Source: Gonapodya sp. JEL0774 (lineage: Eukaryota). Taken from it: DNA of 64,000 bases. The position numbers and the translations under genes were made by a program. The notes under the pieces were generated by a model. It saw only the letters and a list, made by a program, of their open reading frames with translations, had not been told where the DNA came from and searched no databases. Shown one piece after another: positions 39,482-53,363 of this stretch. The stretch is taken from assembly GCA_027604505.1 (NCBI GenBank), contig JADIIX010000014.1, positions 1-64,000 on the forward strand, in the 5' to 3' direction. Position 1 is the stretch's first letter. Every line of letters begins with the position of its first letter.

Positions 39482-42400
39482 ATGGAGCCTTCGTATGAGA
39501 CATCCTTTCAAACGCAAGTCGGAACGGCTTTACACTCTCAATTTCCACAATCCATGCAGTCATCCCAGTCCTCGGTCCGCTCTGATGGAAAACAGCTATC
39601 GCCAGTCGCCCCAAGCACGCATTTCCTTGCGCTTCCCTTATCTGATACTCAGTGCGGCACTCTCTCACAGCAGCCGTTCCCTACAACCGCTGCCTCGAAC
39701 TCGGCACTTGTATACAGGCCTCCCTTGGGTAATTCCATAGACCACAACAAACTGTCGTCACCCGTAATCCCCACACCGCGCACCCCCCGGTTGCCCAACT
39801 CCCAGCGCGACAATATTCTACCCCGCCACTCCACGTCTCAGATGTCGGCTTCTCCGTGCTCACCCACTCCTCGCGCCAGCACCCCACCCATGTCTTCCGG
39901 TCCCAACACTCATTCCTCATCCCCTTCTACTTTTTCAAATAGTGACTCGTCGGAAATAATTGATCCACCACCATCCACATCTTCAAAGCGTCGTGCCACC
40001 TCCCCTCCACCGTCTCCAAGCCGACTTTCCGCAAAGGAAACGTTTGCTTCCTCCCGCTCAAATCGCACTAATACGCGCCGCGGCCACCCGACAAAGCGCC
40101 GTTCCATTGACCGAGAGAATCCGCACCCACATGCAACCCTCCCCTCCTCCCCCGCGTCGTCCTCTGATATTATCATTGCAGACGAACTCATAGAGGATGA
40201 TATCATCGACGTCCAATCTAGCCCTATTTGCAAAAGTCACGGAAGAGGTTGTTCGATCAACGCGAGCTGCGGAATATCGGAAGTCTCTCGGCTGCCGGGA
40301 ATGACTGACCCATTGCGTGACTTGAGTTTTGGCTTGGGTGAAGAGGTACGTACCCAGAGCTCGGCGAGGGCACCACCTCCCAAAAGTTGGGTTGTATTTT
40401 GTGCGAGTGGTGGACGAAATGCTGTCTGGATATCACAACCTCGTGGATGAACTGTTCGTCGCGATTTCCCACCCGAGCACTCTCTTCTCCATTATTAACA
40501 TCCCTGAACTGGCCTCCTAGTATGAGCCCCGAACCTTCTCGCTCTCACAACTCGGTGCGCGCATCGGACACCCCTCCGCATCTCCTCAGCCTTTCTCTCG
40601 AGCACCTACCCCTTCCCCATTGTCTCCAGCCGCCGCACAAATGGGTCTGCAGACATCCCCATCAACGAATCGCAGATTTACTCGAGGTTCTCGAGTCAAG
40701 GGACCGAGACCAATGAGGGGCAGCGATCAAACTCCCGTGGAGAGTGGGCGGTTCGCTTATTCTTCCGGCGCATCGGGCTCGAGATATAATGCGGAGCGGT
40801 CGGTTGTCGCAAAGGGCGGGTCTCCAGCTGAAGGGGGCTCGGCGAACGGGTCAGACCCAGTATGGTATCCACCGGTTGTGGAAATGGACCCGCAAAAGCT
40901 GCGTGACGCATCAGTTGCGTCTGCTTCCAATAAAGCTTCGGTTTCAACCCACGAACGGTCAACTGTCACTGTTTCCGATACATTCGACACTGGGCTTTCG
41001 CCCGATGAAGGCTCTGATGTGAGCTGGTTCACGGCAGAGTCCGCTCCTTCCATTCCAGCATCCCCTAGGCGGAATGATAATGCGTCACCTGCACTTTCAC
41101 CTGATGCACATCAGCTCGCTCTGCTTGACGGAGCCAGAGTCTCCGCAGTAGCGACAAGTGGAGTTTCGGGCAGTGCGCCGGCAGAGAATCCAGTTGTTGT
41201 ACTTGATTCAGATGATGACGACGACCATAGTGTGGGTGAACGAGAGTGGGCATTGCGAGAAATGAGCGATGCTGCGGTCTTTCCTGCCAGTCAGCCACCT
41301 GCCTACGATTTCAGTAAGTTTAAACTGAGATGTTCTTACGCTTGTGTTGGATCACAACCTTATTGTTGGTTGGTATTGTTGCGGTAACTCCCCCTCTGAA
41401 TGTGGTTCAAACAAGATCACGAAATAGGAGGAGCCTCAATGCCTCCACCACCAACTTACAACGAGGACCAGGCGAGGCTGCGGGCCCAGAGAGAGGAAGA
41501 CTGGAGGCAAATGGGAGAGATGGGGACGCGTGAGTTTACAAATACGATGATGACGGACGGGATTTCACAATGTTTTTATTAATGCGACTGCTTCGTCACC
41601 TCTGCATTCGATGTGTTTGGGTCGGCCACTTCCTTTCCGAAATTCATTCCCGCACCAGGCATGCTCCGGGATTACGGCATTCCTACCGGCTCCCGAGTAA
41701 CCCAACAGAACGATCGTCGTCCCGTGCCCTCAGCGACAGCACATGTGCAGCTTGCTTCTGTGTCTTCTCTGGTGGCGGGCGAGTCTGCAATTGGGGCTCG
41801 CACACCTTTGCCTGGGTCTCCTAGAAGTCCCTTTACTTTTCGAAACCCGATGCCGGGGACCCCCACCCGTCGCAATGAGGTCGTAGTTCCTTCGATATCT
41901 TCTTCGGCACCACGGTCGTCAAATCCGGCTGTCGTTGAGAGCTCCCATTCCTCCAAGAGCTCTGTGCCTGTACCTCCACCTTCGTCGTCAGTGCCTGTTG
42001 CGGTCCAGCTCACTCCCAACCAGAAACGTATTATTGACTTGGCTACAGCGGGGAAAAATGTCTTTTTCACGGGAAGTGCTGGATGTGGGAAAAGTTACGC
42101 TATGAAGGAGTGCGTGGATATCTTGAGGAAGCAAGGGAAACAAGTTGTCGTGACGGCAGTGAGCTCTCAATTTCGTTTTTCACTGATGCCATTCTAAAAT
42201 AGTGGACACATTCCGTTTTTGCTTGCGCCTCTTAGTCAACCGGAATCGCCGCGACTCAAGTGAGTCCCCGACTTCCGTTCATTGCAGTAGTGTCAAGTGT
42301 TGAATACTTGATTATTTCCGACACTCGGCCACTGTGTTTCGCGAGTAGATCAACGGTCGGACGCTTCATTCTTTCGCAGGAATCGCACCAGGCTTGTGAG

Positions 42401-44870
42401 TCGTTGACTACAGTTTTTGTTCGATGGCATTTGACACCACTATTTCGTCCAGCGTATCGAAAGAGGTGTGTTGCGTACCATGCCATATCCCGGATTCACG
42501 CTTGTCAACTTTCCCTTTTCGTCGCTCAGGAGAGAAAGTTCCGCATCCTGAAGAAACCGGATAAAGTGAAGAATTGGACTTCTACTGATGTGCTGTTCAT
42601 CGATGGTGAGCACAGCAACTACAGTGACATCTTAATGAAAGCCCAAATATCATTATGAACTCCTCTTTCATTGTCTTGTACTTTTATTCAGAAATCTCAA
42701 TGGTCTCCGACGACTTGTTTACGACGCTGGACTTCCTTGCCCGCGCTGTCAGAGGGTGGGGTCCAGGTCGGGAGGAGAACCAACACAAACCATTCGGTGG
42801 AATGCAGCTGATGGTCTCTGGTGACTTTTTTCAGGTACACATAGTTGAGCGTCTTCGAACGCTACAATGAAAGTTCTAAACAGTAGTGTTGTCACAGCTT
42901 CCGCCTGTCCCTACTAACCCATTCTGTCCACAATGCGGATATGAACATGTTAAACGGACTTTTGCTCCCATTGACAATCAGCACCCCTCTTTACCATCGG
43001 GGACCTCGGCGAGTTCTCGGGTGGATAGCAAAAGGGGTTGGTTCAGCTGCCACAATCCAAAGTGTCCACCTATGAAGAATACCGGAAACCCCTTGGTCTT
43101 CTTCCACAGCACAGGTGCGTCTGTGTTTCTTTAACATCGAGCTGTACCTGTCCAGTGTGATTAAAGTGAGCTCTCCGCAAATTATTTCTACCATTAAACT
43201 CCAGATTATGCATTTGCGAGCGAAGCGTGGGAAAATGCAAATTTTGAGGTTGTGCTCCTAGAGAAAGTATTTCGACAGACCAACGAGACTTTCATCGATG
43301 TGAGGCTGTCCGTTTTCATTTCTAAATTTCTCCAGCTTCATCGTCAATTTTTTGTGTACCAGGCACTCAATGACTTCCGCATCGGCCGCAAGAGCGCCTT
43401 GGCGATTGGTATCATGAATGCTTGTCGAAATGAACCCCGTCAAGATGACGAAATTATCCCCACCAAATTGTATCCACTGAAGAAAGAAGTCACTGGTGAG
43501 AATCAGATTCACTACGCCAAGCTCATAGGGGAGGAGAAAGCATATCGTGCGAATGATTGGAGTGCGGGTGAATTTGTGACACCGATGACACACAAGCACG
43601 TGGAACGTCTAGATGCGGTGCGTTTTCATTATAGAGATCTCACGGTGTATTGAAACTGTCATTAAGTATTTTGGTCGATCTCAGGACTTGCAATGCGAGA
43701 AAGATTTGAGGCTGAAGGTTGGAACCCAGGTAAGTGCTGCGTTCAGGTCGGTTTCGAATGAGAAAGTGAATCGCTTTACGGACCGCAGGTCATTCTTCTA
43801 GTCAATCTTTCTGTCGAGAGCGGCCTTGTCAATGGCTCCCGTGGTGTCGTCGTGGGTTTCGAGTATCTCCCAATCCACGATCCTCAAGTTACATCTATGA
43901 CCAACCGTGCTCGAGAAGACCACGATCGACTGGTTCAATTACACCGCGCTGATCCGAAGAAGCTAATTCCCGGTTGGAATTGGATTCCGGTGGTCGTCTT
44001 TGCGTCCACTGGCGTTCCTCGGCCAGTGCACTTTCACGACTTTGAGATCGAAGTGGGCATAGGGAATCATTTATGGCGTCAGCAACTTCCTCTGAAGCAT
44101 GCCTGGGCCCTGACTGTACATAAATCCCAGGGCATGTCCCTGGACAGGGTGCAAATGGATCTGTCGGGATGCTTCGCTCCAGGTCAGGCATATGTGAGTC
44201 GCCGTGAAGAGTATTTATTTTTTAAAATCATTTTTAGAATTTTGAATGATTGCTGGGCTTAAACGTGAAAGGTTGCGCTGTCACGGGCACGTTCTTTGGA
44301 AGGACTTTTCCTGAAAGGGTTTGACCCGTCGAGAATATGGGTGAGTGGGGTATCCGCGGTCCTTTAATTGAAGTGGGTTCTGATCAGTGTCGAGGTCAAA
44401 GGCACATGAAGATGTCCTGAAGTTCCACGAAGAGTTGTTGAGAAAAGTCCCTGCCGCCTTCCGTGAATCGACTCAACAAGAAGACAATGCACCTACCAAC
44501 AATCCCGCTCTCCAATCGTTGGAGAGGGTCGGCCAAGTTGCAGTCTCTGTGGTCCCCTCAACTAGTGGGAGTTCGCAATCAGGAGACCCCTCCTCAGCTG
44601 TGACTTTGATTGCTCGTCCCTCCCAGGGGGAATCTGACTGGAAGACGGCTTTGAAGCGTGCGGCAGAAATGTGGTGGGTCTCAGAGGGAAGCAACATATT
44701 TTCAGGTGGACGTCGAGCAGACGAGGGCAGACGTGTTGCCGCTGGGCGAGAAACATTCCTAGGTGCGTTGGCAAACCCCATCTTTGTTTACGTTCTTTAT
44801 CTTAGTATTTTTCACCGCGTATTCAGCTTTTGCTCGGAAAGAGTTTGACGAGTTTATTGAGCCAACCTGA
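39482..44870 (+). CDS. PIF1: PIF1-family 5'-3' DNA helicase with a long disordered N-terminus
   Basis: FFTGSAGCGKS, STGIAA, TLHSFAG, LFIDEISMV, PFGGMQLMVSGDFFQLPPV, VFRQ, QLPLKHAWALTVHKSQGMSLD and GQAYVALSRARSLEGL. The linkage of the N-terminal S/P-rich exons (39.5-42 kb) is inferred. Confidence 0.92.
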
Positions 44871-45007
44871 GATCCTCCGCGTTCAGAAGCAGAACTGCAT
44901 ATTGTTTTGTAAATACAACATGCCTCGTGCTGTCGCATGAACTGTTCACTTAATCTGGCGTATCTTCACTGACTTTTCTGGATACACATCTTGAATGAGC
45001 TCTGAAA

Positions 45008-46090
45008 ATGTCAAGAATATGCATCAAAACACTCCATATGGAGTTCGGCCCGATCGATCCGAGATCCGGCATGCCAACATTTGAATTTCAAAAGCAACAC
45101 CTAGTGATCGGCCCAGCCAATGGCGTGAAGCACACTGCTACGTGGTGAGAGTTTGTCAGAGTCTGTCTTGGTTGGTGCTTTTAATCTTTCTATTCCAAGC
45201 TTTATCCTGCATGGTTATGGTGATGATGCGGAAGGCTGGGAGCATCTTGGAACAAAAGCGGTACATGTACACGTTTCTCGATGATCGCTCATTCCAGTCA
45301 CGAAAGCGAGTGTTCCCAGTTACCGCTGATGCCTTACACCAAGTTCGTTTTTCCCAACGCCAACCAAGAATCATGGTACGATTTCAGTATGGGAATGGAC
45401 AGTGATATTGCTCATACAACTCTCATGATTGCACGAGACACAATTGTGGACTTGATTGAGCAGGTTAGCTTCCGAACTCTGTCTCGGCGTACACAGTGAA
45501 CACAACCTGGAATCCTTCCATTTTCTAATATTTATCCTTGACAGGAAATCTCGTCGGGTATTCCAAGCGAGCGCATTTTGTTGGGAGGCTTTTCGCAAGG
45601 GGGAGCAGGTGAAGTGAAGGTTTCACTGGCAATCTTAACATTCGAGACCTGAACCTCCTTGACTCCTATTTGGGCAGTGTCTCTAATTGTATCCACTACT
45701 GCGCCACCTCACATCAAGCTTGCAGCTGTTCTTCCAGTGGCGACTTTTCTCCCACTTTCAACTCCCGACATGCAACAGAACTCCGACACATCAGATAAAC
45801 CTTTGAAGGCGGCACTACCGTACCGTACTCCGTTGCATCATTATCTCACCGATACGAACACTGAGACTGTACACTTGTGGCTACACGGTGAAGCTGACAC
45901 TATGGCACCGATTGATGCCGCTGCGAAAGACTGCCAAAAGCTCGTGGATCTTGGATTCAAGCGTGCATTCATGGTTCGTTACAGGGGCGTAGGACATTGG
46001 ACGTCCGAACGAATGGTTGCGAACATGATTCAGTTTATCGTTAAGATGCTTCCTCCTTCGGAGGAGGTGAAAGACACGACTGATTTATGA
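45008..46090 (+). CDS. Phospholipase/carboxylesterase (acyl-protein thioesterase-like)
   Basis: KHTAT, LHGYGD, TKFVFPNA, WYDF, IPSERILLGGFSQGG (nucleophile elbow), HGEAD and YRGVGH. Confidence 0.9.
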
Positions 46091-46437
46091 ATTACTGTTC
46101 ACCGCTGTAAGCTACAAGCAGCATGTGAGGTATGGAGTTCACAATTCAATGTTTAGTTGACCGATGTCCTCAGGAATCAGTGTCAATAACGATCAGGCGA
46201 GCCACAAGCTCTTTTCGCTTGGCTTTCACGTTGATCTATTATTCTCTTTTGCGCACTAACCTTTCCGGCTGAGTACGGGGCAAAGTATAAGAACAAAGAT
46301 ACAGAGCCCTCGTGTGCATAACGACCGAGCAGATTGACACTATACAGCAGAGATCTGGAGATTGACGTGTTTTGAGCACGCGCCCGACCTTGGAATGAAG
46401 AGCTTCACATCATGAATTGTTGCCAAAAGAGGCCAAA

Positions 46438-47326
46438 ATGTTTCCAAGCACTCTGTTTGCTTGGAGCGATCGAGATACGGCGAGTGCACTTGCGGCGGAC
46501 GAAGCCCTCTTGGATGAGATGATTAAATATGTAATGTATCAAGTCACTGCAGCTGTAGACCATCCAAAGGACTGGTTTCTAGGTGTGTTTTTCTATTGAA
46601 GCTCCTCCCGCGTATTCTTGATGATTGGACCTTCATAGGTGAAAGCTGGAATCAGGGGGAGGATGTCGCGGGAGGATTTCTCGTTTTCTTGGACTATGTT
46701 TGCGCCTTTACACCGAAGCGAGCCCAGACCGTCCAGGCCCCATTAATCATCCGGAAACGTGCTGACCAATGGTACTCCGAACTGTCTTCTGACCACATCC
46801 CACACAAACGAGCCTCTCAACAAGAAATTACCGCACCATCGCTGTTGTGCGGGCATCCGTTGAGCTTTGTATTCGCAACGGGCTGATGCCTTCGAATGCT
46901 GCTGCTGTGCAAGGGCTAACAGGCTACAAACGCTCCATGGAAGAATTAGAAAGCACGCTCAGTATACACAACAACAATCATGGTTCCCATCATAACAATG
47001 GATCGGCGTGTGGTTGTTCTATTCCAGTGCGGTGTTCAGGCTGTTTGCGAAAGTTCGGTGAAGTTACGGCGAAGAGGTATGTGTCAGAACTCTTACTTGT
47101 TTCTGGAAGAATTGCACCGACCGTTGCTGGTGGACGTTTTTAGATGTAGTCGGTGTCAAATCGCCCGTTATTGCGCTCCTGAATGGTGGGATTTGTTGCT
47201 CATCTGATGTTGTTCAGTGTTCCGTATGGCTCACCACAAATTTTGTTGTCTCGCCATGATGCCAGTCAAAAGTCCCATTGGAGTTCTCACAAAGAGTTTT
47301 GTCGTCCCCTTCCCGCGCTCACATAG
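46438..47326 (+). CDS. MYND zinc-finger protein
   Basis: CSGC...RCSRCQIARYCAPE-CQSKSHWSSHKEFC at the C-terminus. Confidence 0.8.
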
Positions 47327-47576
47327 CGGGAGATTTGCATGAAGTGTCGAATATCTGAGCAGGGGCGACATGTAAATTGGCACTTCTGGTGGGAAACTCG
47401 AAATCTCGTCTCCCCTGGTGTAAATAAAAGGAGATTTCCATTGGAGTACTAACATCTCTTTGTGGATGCTCATTATTGACGGCGAGGTGTGGGACCACCT
47501 AGAGGAAACGGCAGACACAAATAATTATCGGCCCACTCAAGCCGAACATCCCCTTTCTCTTTCAAAACTCGCAGTG

Positions 47577-49470
47577 ATGACAAACCTCGTAAGGACTGGT
47601 ATTCGCTTAGTGAACAAGTCATCTGGGTGAGCTCTCGGACAGATGATGATCCCCTCCAAAAGCACGCTGAAACGGTGTCTGTATTCCCGTCCAGCAAAGG
47701 CCGAATCTGCTTCATATCCGGGTGATTATTACACTGGTCGATTGATTCGGCACTCGTGCTACTTGATTGCCGCTTCCTTGCGTCGGATTTTCAGCGCGGC
47801 TCAAGGAATCGGAGCGGCTGCTGCCCGGGCATTCGCACGGGAAGGAGCTCGAGTCGTTATTTCCGATCTCTCCTCGAAGCAAAAACAAGCTAGCGAATTA
47901 GTTTCGGAACTTCACTCTATCGGGTCCCCGGATGCGTTTTTTGTCGCGCTTGGTTGGTGCAAATTTGAACTGCCGGGTAGTGAGATAAGTTGCTTCATCA
48001 ATTTGGTTCCATGATTGTCAGACGTGACAGATGAAAGCCAATGGGAATCAGCCTACTCTGAAATTGAGACGAAATTCGGGAGTGGAATCGATGTGCTCGT
48101 GAGTTACAAACTCATCCCGTTGGAATAACTCGTGATGCCCAATTTTACCTGCTGTGGTGCGCCGCAGGTCAACAACGCTGGTAAAAAACGCAATTATCAC
48201 GTTCGAGCGCGCCGGTGATTCACGACAATCTATTGCAGGTGTTTTTTACCACGAGGGAAAGCTTGAAGATATCCCCCTGGAACAATTCCGCTTCACGCAG
48301 AAAGTCAACGTGGAAGGAGTATTCCTCGGTGAGTCATCTCAAAAGACCTGCTCTCTCGTACTTGAGAATGCATTTTCCCTATCTTTTGTAGGAACCAAGC
48401 ACGGCATTAAGTCAAGTCTGTAATTTCTGGATATTCTGGTTGTCTGACTTGTGATGATGAACTCTCCATTTCGGTTGGTACAGTGAGGAAAAACCCTGCC
48501 CCGGAGAGCAAGAGCATCATTAATCTGTCTAGTGTCGGTGGGTCCCTTGTTCGAGTGGTCACTACCTTTCCGATGTTGACATATTTCTGGCGATTTAATT
48601 ACAGCCGGTCTGGCTGGATCTCCTGGGTATCCTGCTTGTGAGTTGTAATCGTCTCAAAATGAACTTTGTCAGGTTTAAAATTCCAAACCTTTGTTCCATT
48701 TCGTGACCAGACCACGCCTCGAAAGGTTTGCACGAGCTTTCAGTACCACAAAGCCAGATGGGTTGAGCACATGTCGTCTCCGCAAATTAGGTGCCGTCCG
48801 CCTCTTCACCAAATCTTCCGCCCTCTACTGCGCTACCGAAAAGCTCAACAGTACGCAGTTTGACTTCACTTGCGTCGTTGCTTTCATCAACCCCACACTT
48901 TCTATTCCATCCCAACCCGCCTTTGCAATCACTCTCCAGTTCGCGTCAACTCTGTCCACCCTGGCCTCATCGCCACACCTCTTTGGACCGACGGTCTTGG
49001 ACGAACTCCGAGTGCGAGCACGTGGGGTGGCGCCGAAGGGATGAACGCCGTTTTTGCCGCTGTGAGTGGGAGGTAGTGGTGTGGGTGGGGTTGCCGAGGG
49101 GTACGGAAGATGTTTTTTTGACCCCCGTTGTCCAATCGTTTCGCGTGTCAAAGGGTACTCCTCTGGGTAGAGGTGGAGTCGCCGACGATGTTTCTGGCCC
49201 GCTCGTGTTTTTGGCGAGTGAAGGTGGGTTTTGCGAGTTCGTTTTGGATGGGTGTGGAAGAGCACGAAACCAACTCCGTTCCCGCCACTGTTTTTCTCGT
49301 GTTCTCCTTATGTCCCCCCACCCAGAGAGTGCCTTCATGACCGGTGAGTGTTTGCGTACTGCTTGGTCTTAGGTGCCGTGACACAAGAGTTGCACGTGTT
49401 CAATCCGATCTTGCCCTCGTGTCTTCCAGGTTCGGAGCTCGTTGTGGACGGTGGTTACACCGCCCAGTGA
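47577..49470 (+). CDS. Classical short-chain dehydrogenase/reductase
   Basis: Spliced GRICFISGAAQGIG, DVTDE, VNNAG, IINLSSVAG, YHASKGAV (YxxxK), RVNSVHPGLIATP and MTGSELVVDGGYTAQ. Confidence 0.92.
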
Positions 49471-50957
49471 TGATGGAGGAGTAACCGCCCGTTGGCGTTG
49501 GGGATGGTCGAGTGTGCTTGGACAATGGAAATCAAAAAAACTGTGCGGGTCATGTTGACGGGCGTGGGCCAACAAGTGATGAGAGAGCGATGGAAGAGTT
49601 GATATTTGAAAACCCATCCACTATGGTGTTGTCTGCATGATCACAAGTAATGAAACATGTAATATGACATACTTGAGTATGGACAAGAGAAGTTCAAAAA
49701 TGTGGGCAAACGGTGGGTCCGCGCGACGAATCACCAAAAATCAGGACAAAATGGTGGTGCATTAGTGGCGCACAAGTCCACCCCACATTCCCAATCGATT
49801 GCACGGCTGCACCCTACAACGCACTTGCTCGAGAACCACACTATAGTGCTTTCGCAAATTTGATTTGTTGTGCGGGCCAAGATGCACAAACCAAGACACC
49901 GGCGGCGTGTGTTCTTGAGTGTCGCCGGGTCAATGATTTGCTGCAACGTGTTACCGCAGAACACCCCCCCAAAAAAAGTCACAGAGAAGCAAAAAAGTGT
50001 GGCAGTAATGTGATCAAAAAATCCAATCAAAGGGATGAGGTCGAGCATGACACTGGGCCATTTGAGGGAGCGAAATGGCAAAAGTTGACCAGTAAGAGTG
50101 GCAAAAACCAAAAAAACAATGTGATGGGGAACGTACGATCTTCCAGGCCAAGGGTGTAAAGAGTGACTTGTTTGATATACAGCATTCACCAACTCGAGGG
50201 AAAACAGTTGAAGGCAAATGACTGGGTAAATCACATCCTACTTCGACTTGCAAGCCAAAAACATAGAGATACTGATTCTTGAAAGGAATGGGATGATTTG
50301 GAGGATCACTGGTTGTGTGTGTTGCTAGTAGAACTGGCCACGGTCAGCGACAGAGGGAGTACATAGGAGAACAGATCAGCCATTTCTTCAAGTGAACACG
50401 CAAGAGACGAAAATGCGGTCGTCACTGGGATCACCATGGTGAGAGCGGCGATTTTGAGCCGACAAAAGATATGCCTCGTGTCGGAACACAACTACGGTCA
50501 GAGCATTCAGGATACTACTACGAATCCCTGTGAGATAAATCGACATTGTTTTTCGGATGTCCCTATCTGTAGATGTCATCTCTCCGTGTGTCTCGGACGG
50601 GGCAGTGGCCGTCCGTTTCTTGGAGGAAGTTGGCGGAAAGCCGGTAGAAAGTAGGCACTCACCGTCACCAAAGATCCGAGCACAGGAAGCATCTGGCGTT
50701 CCATCTCCGCGCTAGACGCGGTGCAGAAACGCGCGCCGTCTTCAAGTTCCAAGTTCAGCGGATTTTGAATGAATTCACATTGGCAAGAAGAAATCGCAAG
50801 TGTGGTTCATTGTGTGGCTTCGCCACTTCCATACCCAACTCTGCACCAGACTCAGAATGAGCTTTAATTGATATTCACCAACTTACCCGAACCCGTGCGA
50901 ATTCCCACGTCGATTTTACACAAACCAGCTGCCGCAATTGCAGAAAAACAATCAGAA

Positions 50958-53012
50958 ATGGATTCTCACGCGAATCCGGACGCGGGTTCCTCATCATCTC
51001 GGCCTCACTCCGCCTCTGCGACTTCTGCTCCGTCCTCTGCAATTCCGTCTCCGCTTTCCGTTCGGGGGATGCTCAGCTATGTTGCCCTGGCTCTGCTGCT
51101 TGTTTCGTCCGCTATGCTTGGAATGTACTCGCAGGCTCTCAATTCACCGAACGACGATCTGGATATGTCTATCGTCCCAGTCTCTCCTCCAACCTCTACT
51201 CCGCAATACTCCTCAACCCCTGCTTCCTCCAATTTCCAACCTCACGCCGCTTCAAACTCCAATCCCTCCCTCTCCTGGACCCCAGAGACGGGAATCGGTC
51301 CTTCCTTACCCCCAAGAGCCGCCCCCCGGCCCTGGACCGGCCGAAGTCCTCCGAAATCGCGCAAAAACTACGTCATTACACTCGCCTCGGGCTATTCCGT
51401 CCAAGACCTCAGCCCATTCTTCCGCTCGTGGGCCCTCCACTCACCCGAAACCCGAATTGTTGTCTTCACGGACCTCACAAAACTCACACCACAACATACC
51501 CGCCTGTTTCGTGAATCACGCATTCATGAGCTCATTAATGCACCCGTGCTGGATGGGTGGGTGCCCCATACCACGAGAATCAAAGTGTGGGCAGAGTGGA
51601 TGACCGCGAGACTTGCTGAGGAGGAGGCCGCTGGCATTCCGGATGACGAGTCGGAATATGGATTTATCCTTAACGCGTGAGTTTTCTTGACGTTGCGCGT
51701 GTGGTATCTGGTTGGCGTATGTTGGTGCGAGTGAGTCAGGGCGCAGCTCCTGTGAACACATTGTTTTTCCAGACCGTCCTTGTTTGGTTTGGTGCGTACG
51801 ATGGATGCGGCCCCGATTAAATCTCATGTGTGAGAAATGATTGAATGGGTGGGTGACGTCTGGGATCGGCTCTGTATGAGCATTGTATGTGTGGGGGATC
51901 CAACTTCGTCAGGTGGTGTGCTACCCTATGGCGAGATGTCGAAATTCGGCTTCGGGCCAAGCATCTCTCTGTGATTCGATGAATCGTTGACGCTCGTAAA
52001 CTCTTGGAGGTCGCCCAATCCCGTCTGCTTTTGCCTCCCAATTTTCCCACACAACTTTCACAAGTTATTCCATACCACAACCCCTGGCCGGTCCCCCCAT
52101 ACCGCCTGTCTAGTGATGTCCGTGATACTATTGTGCAGCGCGACCCTTGGCACCAACCTGTCCTGGAATGGGTGCGTGAACGGCGGGAGCGGTTTAACCA
52201 GCAATACGTCGTCTTTGCGCCAGAGTGGCAGGTGGAGATCGCCACTGAGCCTACAGGAGGAAATAGGGCGTGAGTGTGGGAGAAACCGTGTCGTCGTGAC
52301 ACTGGCGCGGTGCTTTCATCTGTCTCTCTCCATTGTCGCTCTCACCCCACCGCACGACCGGACTGCCCTCTCCCCCGGCCTCCTTTCCTTTCCTCAAATC
52401 CCCCACAGGTGGATCCACGATTGCTTTGGCCCTGAGGCACTCGAGGAGATTGGTTCGCGGCCCGTATCTTGCTCGGGCGTGACCATGGGCTCGTTCAGAG
52501 GGATGGTGCAGTACTGGCAGGAAATGTGGGCCATGTTGAAGGATGGGGGGATAGCGGCCAAGTGTCAGGGGAAAATTGCGGCTGGTGGGTCTTGTCACAG
52601 GTTGAGGGGACGGATGTACCAAGGAGACCCCGGCTGCCCCGTTGCTCCGTTCTTGAATAGTCCCTTACCGACTTGCAACCGTTCCTCTCTACATGAATAT
52701 TCAGATCAAGGCCTCCACAACTACCTCCTCCACCACACCCTCTTCCTCAACTCCTCCCTCCTAACGCTTCCGTCCGGTCAGCCCCATCCTCCCCTCAAAT
52801 ATGTCCAACCAACCTACTTCGACTCCCCCGTCTACACCGCGCACTATAGTCCTCCTCTTGGCGTAAATAGCCGAGGGGAGGTGGTGAGACCCAGCAGAGC
52901 AGAGATGACCAGCGACCGAGCAGGGACCGTGATCGAGTTGATCCATCAGTACGACCGACACGGGGGACCTCTAAACGGTGTGAAGAAGTGGTTGAGGGTG
53001 GGTGGTGCGTGA
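50958..53012 (+). CDS. Type II membrane glycosyltransferase-like protein (GT-A-like, uncharacterised family)
   Basis: Single TM segment (YVALALLLVSSAMLGM), S/P-rich stem, then ILNADVRDTIVQRDPW, WIHDCFG, CSGVTMG, DQGLHNYLL and IHQYDR. Confidence 0.7.
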
Positions 53013-53363
53013 ACGTGGGTGGGTCGGCGTGGTGGTGGCTGTGGTTGGTCCGTGAGATGATGTTTTGTGTCTCATGTGCCATCTAATTTGATGGGCTCTT
53101 GCGCGAGGATTGCCGCATTCAACTAAGTTATAATACCACTGTAGTGGTTACTTTTGGCTTGGATATCATGTAGATACCGTTCTTTGCATAATGTTGGTGA
53201 TGTGATCTTATCGACTATTCAGAATTGTCAGACTACTTCGGGAACACCCAAGCGAGGTCAGCGATGCAACCAAGTTCAAGCTCTGATGAGCTTTCCCTCC
53301 TCAATTTGCCAGTACGTACGCGCTGTTCAGGCTCGCGCAGCCGAAAGAAAACCTGGATCGCTG

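Noticed and set aside
39482..44870. PIF1 as a Helitron RepHel
   Set aside because: No HUH Rep motifs upstream, many introns, and it is embedded among ordinary genes; it resembles cellular Pif1.
49700..50600. ORFs of 148-167 aa between the SDR and GT-like genes
   Set aside because: A-run-rich, overlapping on both strands, with no motif or convincing splice pattern.
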